Shown here piece after piece: positions 60,063 through 64,000 of a stretch of DNA of 64,000 bases. The stretch spans positions 220,344-284,343 of the forward strand of contig CAJINV010000001.1 of the NCBI GenBank assembly GCA_905178155.1, in the 5' to 3' direction. The stretch comes from Amoebophrya sp. A120 (Eukaryota; Protista; Dinoflagellata). How positions within the stretch are numbered: the stretch's first letter is position 1; every line of letters starts with the position of its first letter. The notes below the pieces were generated by a model. The model was given only the letters and a program-made list of their open reading frames with translations. It was not told the origin of the DNA and ran no database searches. The position numbers were made by a program, and so were the translations under genes.

Positions 60063-61149
60063 TGGCCTTGGACGGACGCCGTCAAGCGACGCCAAGAAGG
60101 TTGGTTTGCAATGCGCGCGGGATCTTCGTCTTTCTTTACGATGGCGCTGCGCGCCTCGCACTTGCTTGGGGCCGAAACAACGGCAACACCCGAAGCACCC
60201 ACGGCGCCACGCCCTTCGGCGGGTTGTTCGGCCAAGCCAAAGGCTTTTTTCTTATGCGGGTGGGGCCGCTGCGGTCTCAAATGCGGGCGGCGCCGCCATG
60301 GTTTCTTTCGTTTAGTTTTTGGTGCGGGCGGCGCCGCTTTTCTTTCGTCTGTAAGTAAGAACCAATCCACGCGGCGCGCGCCGCGTGGGAAAAAGTATAT
60401 ACATCACTCAGGTCCGAAGCAATTGCTTTCAAATCAAAGCGCATGGCTCGCAGCCCTCTGACGGAATGATTAGCCAGAAAACTTCCCCGAAGGCTTTCGA
60501 GGCGTGGCAGCGCGGGAATTTCGCAAACGCGCCGCGCGTGCGCGCATGGGTCACAAGTGGCCTGCCTTCTGTCTGGAAAAGTTTTTGAGAAACAAGGGGC
60601 CTGCCTTCCGTTTCTCATTTTGGAAATCACTGGAAAGCTTTCATTCTGGGGGCCACTGACTTCTCATTTCTGGAAAGATTTCACTTTGGAAAAGTGCAAC
60701 ACTTCTGAAAAGTTTGTTTTCATTTTGGAAAAGTGAGGAGTCGCTGACTTCTCCTTCCGTTTCTCGATGGTCTTCGAAAAACGGAGTGAGAGGTCAGTGA
60801 CTTCTCAAATTTGAAAAATTCTCACTCTGGAATCGGAGGCGCGTTCACTCTTCCCAGAGTGAGAATTTTGGAAACGTGCGAAGTCAGTGACTTTTCGCTC
60901 CGTTTCGCGAAGGTCTTCGAGCTCCCGAGGCCCAGAATCCCGAGGGAAGTGCGCGAAGCATCTAGACGCGAACGATACCCAGTCAGGCTCTTTTCACACG
61001 GCGAAAAGCGTCCGACTGGCACAGCGCCGGCACCTCTGCTGAAAAGGTTGCGCTTTCGCTTGGCGTCAGCCGGAACCCCATCACGGGCCGGGCGCAGTTT
61101 GAGTCAACGTTGGAGCCTTTTGCTTTTGTTTAAACAACGCAAAGTTAAC

Positions 61150-61452
61150 AAAACCTTCAGAAGAAAGCTTCAGAAGGTTTTGAAAGCATAATCTTCCGAA
61201 GCTCTTCAGGAAGATTTTTCGACCTTCAGAAGGTCAAAAAAAGCTGCGTCATTTTTTTCGCGTTTTTTGAGAAAAAGTGGCAACTTTCGTTTTCCACCTT
61301 CAGAAGGTTTGGAAAAAACGACCTTCAGAAGGCCAAAACCTTCAAGAAGGTCAAGAATTATTTTTGGCGAACCTTCAGAAGGTTTTTTGGTTCAAAAATC
61401 TTCTGAAGGTTACAACGCACCTATTGAAGGTATGAGTCTTCTGAAGGTTTTC
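61150..61452. repeat. array of palindromic ACCTTCAGAAGGT units
   Basis: about 10 variants of ccttcagaaggtt. Confidence 0.85.
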
Positions 61453-61529
61453 AAAAAAGGCGAAATTTGTGCAATTCAGGACCTGACTCCGTGTTCAGTT
61501 TTAGCGACCGCGAAGAGCGTCGCCACAAA

Positions 61530-64000
61530 GGCCCAGGGTCAGCGCTGGAATGTGTGCGCTTGGATTTGGGCGCAGGCTGTGCAGATGTTCGTTGCGCGCG
61601 TTCCCGTGGCCAACCCCGCCGCCTACATACAAGCCAGCGCTTTGAGCCGCAGCAGCCGCCTACAGTCCAGCGCTCCGAGCCACGCAAGAAGTGTCCAGAG
61701 CGGGCGCTGGAATGTAGGCGGCCGGATTTGCGCGCAAGCAAGCTGCGCGGCTGTTTGTTTTGCGATCAGGCAGACAGGCCCGGGCGACCTTTTCTTCTAA
61801 TTGGATTCTGATTCTTGGCTAATTTGAGTACTAAAAAACACGAAGGGGCGACCCTCGGCGAGCCCACCTGAAACGACAGGCGCCCAAAGTCCGAGTGATG
61901 GGCTAAGCATGTTGATGGCAATACATGCGCCCGGCAAAAGAAACACAACCAAGGACACCTTCCGGATGTGGGTCTGCCTGCGCCCAAGCAGCGAAATTGG
62001 CACACGCTGTCCCGACGACCGGGACATGGGATCGACACCACGAAAACATGGCCCCCCGACCTCGAGCATCATCGCCCAGCCAACCTGACCACCCCCAAGC
62101 ACTCAAAAAACGGACCGGAGAGGACATCGCGTGCGCCGAACCCGGGCGAGGAGAACACAGAAGGGAAATCCGAAACAGGAGACAACGAAGCCGGCTAATT
62201 TGCGAATCGGAAAAGGCAGAAAAGCTGGCTGATTGGTGTCTAAAACAACTCCCGGAACGCCCTCCGGAACCTGGCGGACCCCCGAAAAAACCCTTGCTAA
62301 TTTGTAGTCTAATTTTTTTGCCCCCCTGTTCTAATTGGTGGTCTAACTTGCGTCTAATTTGCAGAACCCCAAGGCCCCAGACCCTGTCTAATTTGCAGAA
62401 CTACGCAAAAAACAAGTGCGATTTTGCCTATGCCCGAGATATAAGCGAAATCACACACGAAATTCCCACCCGATGCAAATTAGCCAACCAATTAGCCAAC
62501 CAATTAGCAACAAATTAGGTACCAATTAGCCAGGGCATTTTTCGGGTCCAGAATTGGGTCCGAAACAGATTAGCGGCGGTGTAGAATTTCAAATTAGGAT
62601 TTTCCGGGAGGTGTTTTAGCAAGCAAAAGCGGGCCTTCTTCCCGAGGCCCCGCCGATTCTTCCAAGAAGAGAATACCGGACGGCCGCCCCAGGAAAAGGT
62701 GGAGAACACATACCAAAGGCATGAACCCCTGTCGCCCCGGCCCCGGAATCAGGGCGCGGGCCCCACGCGGCAGAGGGCACTACACACAGACCGAAGTCCG
62801 GGAACCCTGGCGCCCTCCCGAGAGGAATGACAAAACGGCAAAGGCCCCAAATGCGAAGCCTGGCTGCACCTCGGGCCCGGTGCGGATGCACAGAGAGATG
62901 CGGCGGGCCCCCGATTGTCGACGCGCCACACCTTCCGGGGCGTTCCCGGTACCCACAAAACACACACAAAGACCGGCGCCACGCCATTGCCCCGGGGGCG
63001 GCCAAACGCGGCCCCCCTGTTGCCAACAAGACACCCATCAAGCTCCCCAATTAGCCCACTTTTAGGAAATAATTAGAAACAGAAACCGCCCGGGGCTGTC
63101 TGCCTGATTTGCGAGTTTCCAAGGCCGCCAAGTCAGCCGCCTACACTCCAGCGCCCTGGGCCTCGCCAGAAGGATCGAGGGCGCTGGGACATAGCATGCC
63201 GGAAGGATTTGAGCGCAAGTTGCGCAGGTGTTCGCGCACTTTGCGGCTTCCCGTTCCCTGCCCAAGCCAGCCGCCTACATTCCAACGCCCTGGACCCTTC
63301 TGGTGTGGCCCATAGCGCTGGAACGAATGGAGGCGGCTGGCTTTGCGCGCGGGTAACATGGATGTTCGCCTTGCGAGTGTCCAGGGCCAAGCCCGCCACC
63401 TAGGTAGGCTCCAGCGCTCACTCTGAACCACACCAGAAGGGCCCAGGGCGCTGGAATGCGGGCGGCTGGCTTTGGGCGCAGGCGGCGCAGGTGCTCTCTG
63501 TGCGAGTTTCCGTGCCCAAGACCGCCGCCTACATTCCAACCAAAGAACGCCCGGGGCCACGCCAGAACGAAGGGCCCAGAGCGCCTTCGCATAGGCGGCG
63601 GGTTGGAATTGGGCGCAACTTGCGCGGCTGTTCGCCGTGCGGGCTTCCGTGACCAAATCAAACGCCTATATTCCAGCGCCCTTGGCCTCAGCAGCAGGGC
63701 CCAGAGCGCTTGCAGGCGGGCGGCTGGATTTGAGCAGAAGCTGCGCAGCTGTTCGCTTCGCGAGTTGGCTTCCATGGCCGGGCCAGTCACCTAGATTCCG
63801 GCGCCAACTCTGAGCCGGGTCAGAAGAGTCCAGGGCGCTGGAAATATAGACGGCTGGACTTGCGCGCAAGTTGTGTCGATGTTCCCTTTGCGCGTTTCCG
63901 TGGCCACACCAGCCGCCTACACCCCAGCGCTCTGAGCCCCGCCAGAAGGGCCCAGGGCGCTAGAATGCAGGCGGCTGGATTTCAGCGCAGGCGACGTGGA
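61530..64000. repeat. about 130-bp period satellite, each unit an internal inverted repeat
   Basis: arms cagggcgctggaatgtaggcggctgg / ccagccgcctacattccagcgccctg recur near 61540, 61700, 63180, 63315, 63448, 63580, 63705, 63835 and 63957. Confidence 0.85.
61766..63107. mobile_element. 1342-bp non-autonomous TIR element inserted in a satellite unit
   Basis: tcaggcagacag..ctaatt / aattag..ctgtctgcctga; flanked by tttgcga on both sides; removal restores the satellite unit. Confidence 0.8.

Noticed and set aside
59744-60461. Gly/Pro/Arg-rich ORFs at 59.7-60.5 kb
   Set aside because: Products of the GC-rich repeat array, open in several frames.
63130-64000. CRISPR-like array
   Set aside because: The sequences between arms are homologous to each other, the context is eukaryotic and there are no cas genes.
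1-64000. Autonomous transposase, tRNA/rRNA genes or dinoflagellate spliced-leader relics
   Set aside because: None recognised by eye. tRNAscan, Infernal and HMM searches would be needed to exclude them.

Overview
Eukaryotic, gene-dense window in which every recognisable gene is on the minus strand. The gene content (V-type H+-PPase with signal peptide, importin alpha, MFS transporter, peptidase C45, long low-complexity inserts) and the intron architecture suggest a syndinian dinoflagellate such as Amoebophrya. That assignment is inference. The dominant feature is a set of 42 manually delimited insertions, 141-386 bp long plus one of 1146 bp, totalling about 11.3 kb (about 18% of the window). 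They have terminal inverted repeats, mostly TAT...ATA termini and a 5-bp direct repeat (DR). Almost all sit inside coding exons. In every case I could test, deleting the element plus one DR copy restores an open, homologous reading frame, yet only 2 of the 26 I checked can be read as GT-AG. They fall into about 12 TIR groups with little TIR similarity, but most share an internal TTGTNATGC/GCATNACAA motif. Near-identical copies occur in both orientations relative to the transcript, and one paralogous gene supplies the empty sites. Ordinary GT-AG introns coexist in the same genes. Removing the elements reveals three paralogs of an unannotated multi-pass membrane protein family and a RuvC-like protein with a possible mitochondrial presequence. 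The right end (59.7-64 kb) is a GC-rich block of palindromic repeats with a nested 1.34-kb TIR element. A 1.6-kb duplication across the 100-N gap is probably an assembly artefact. All coordinates and joins were worked out by hand.
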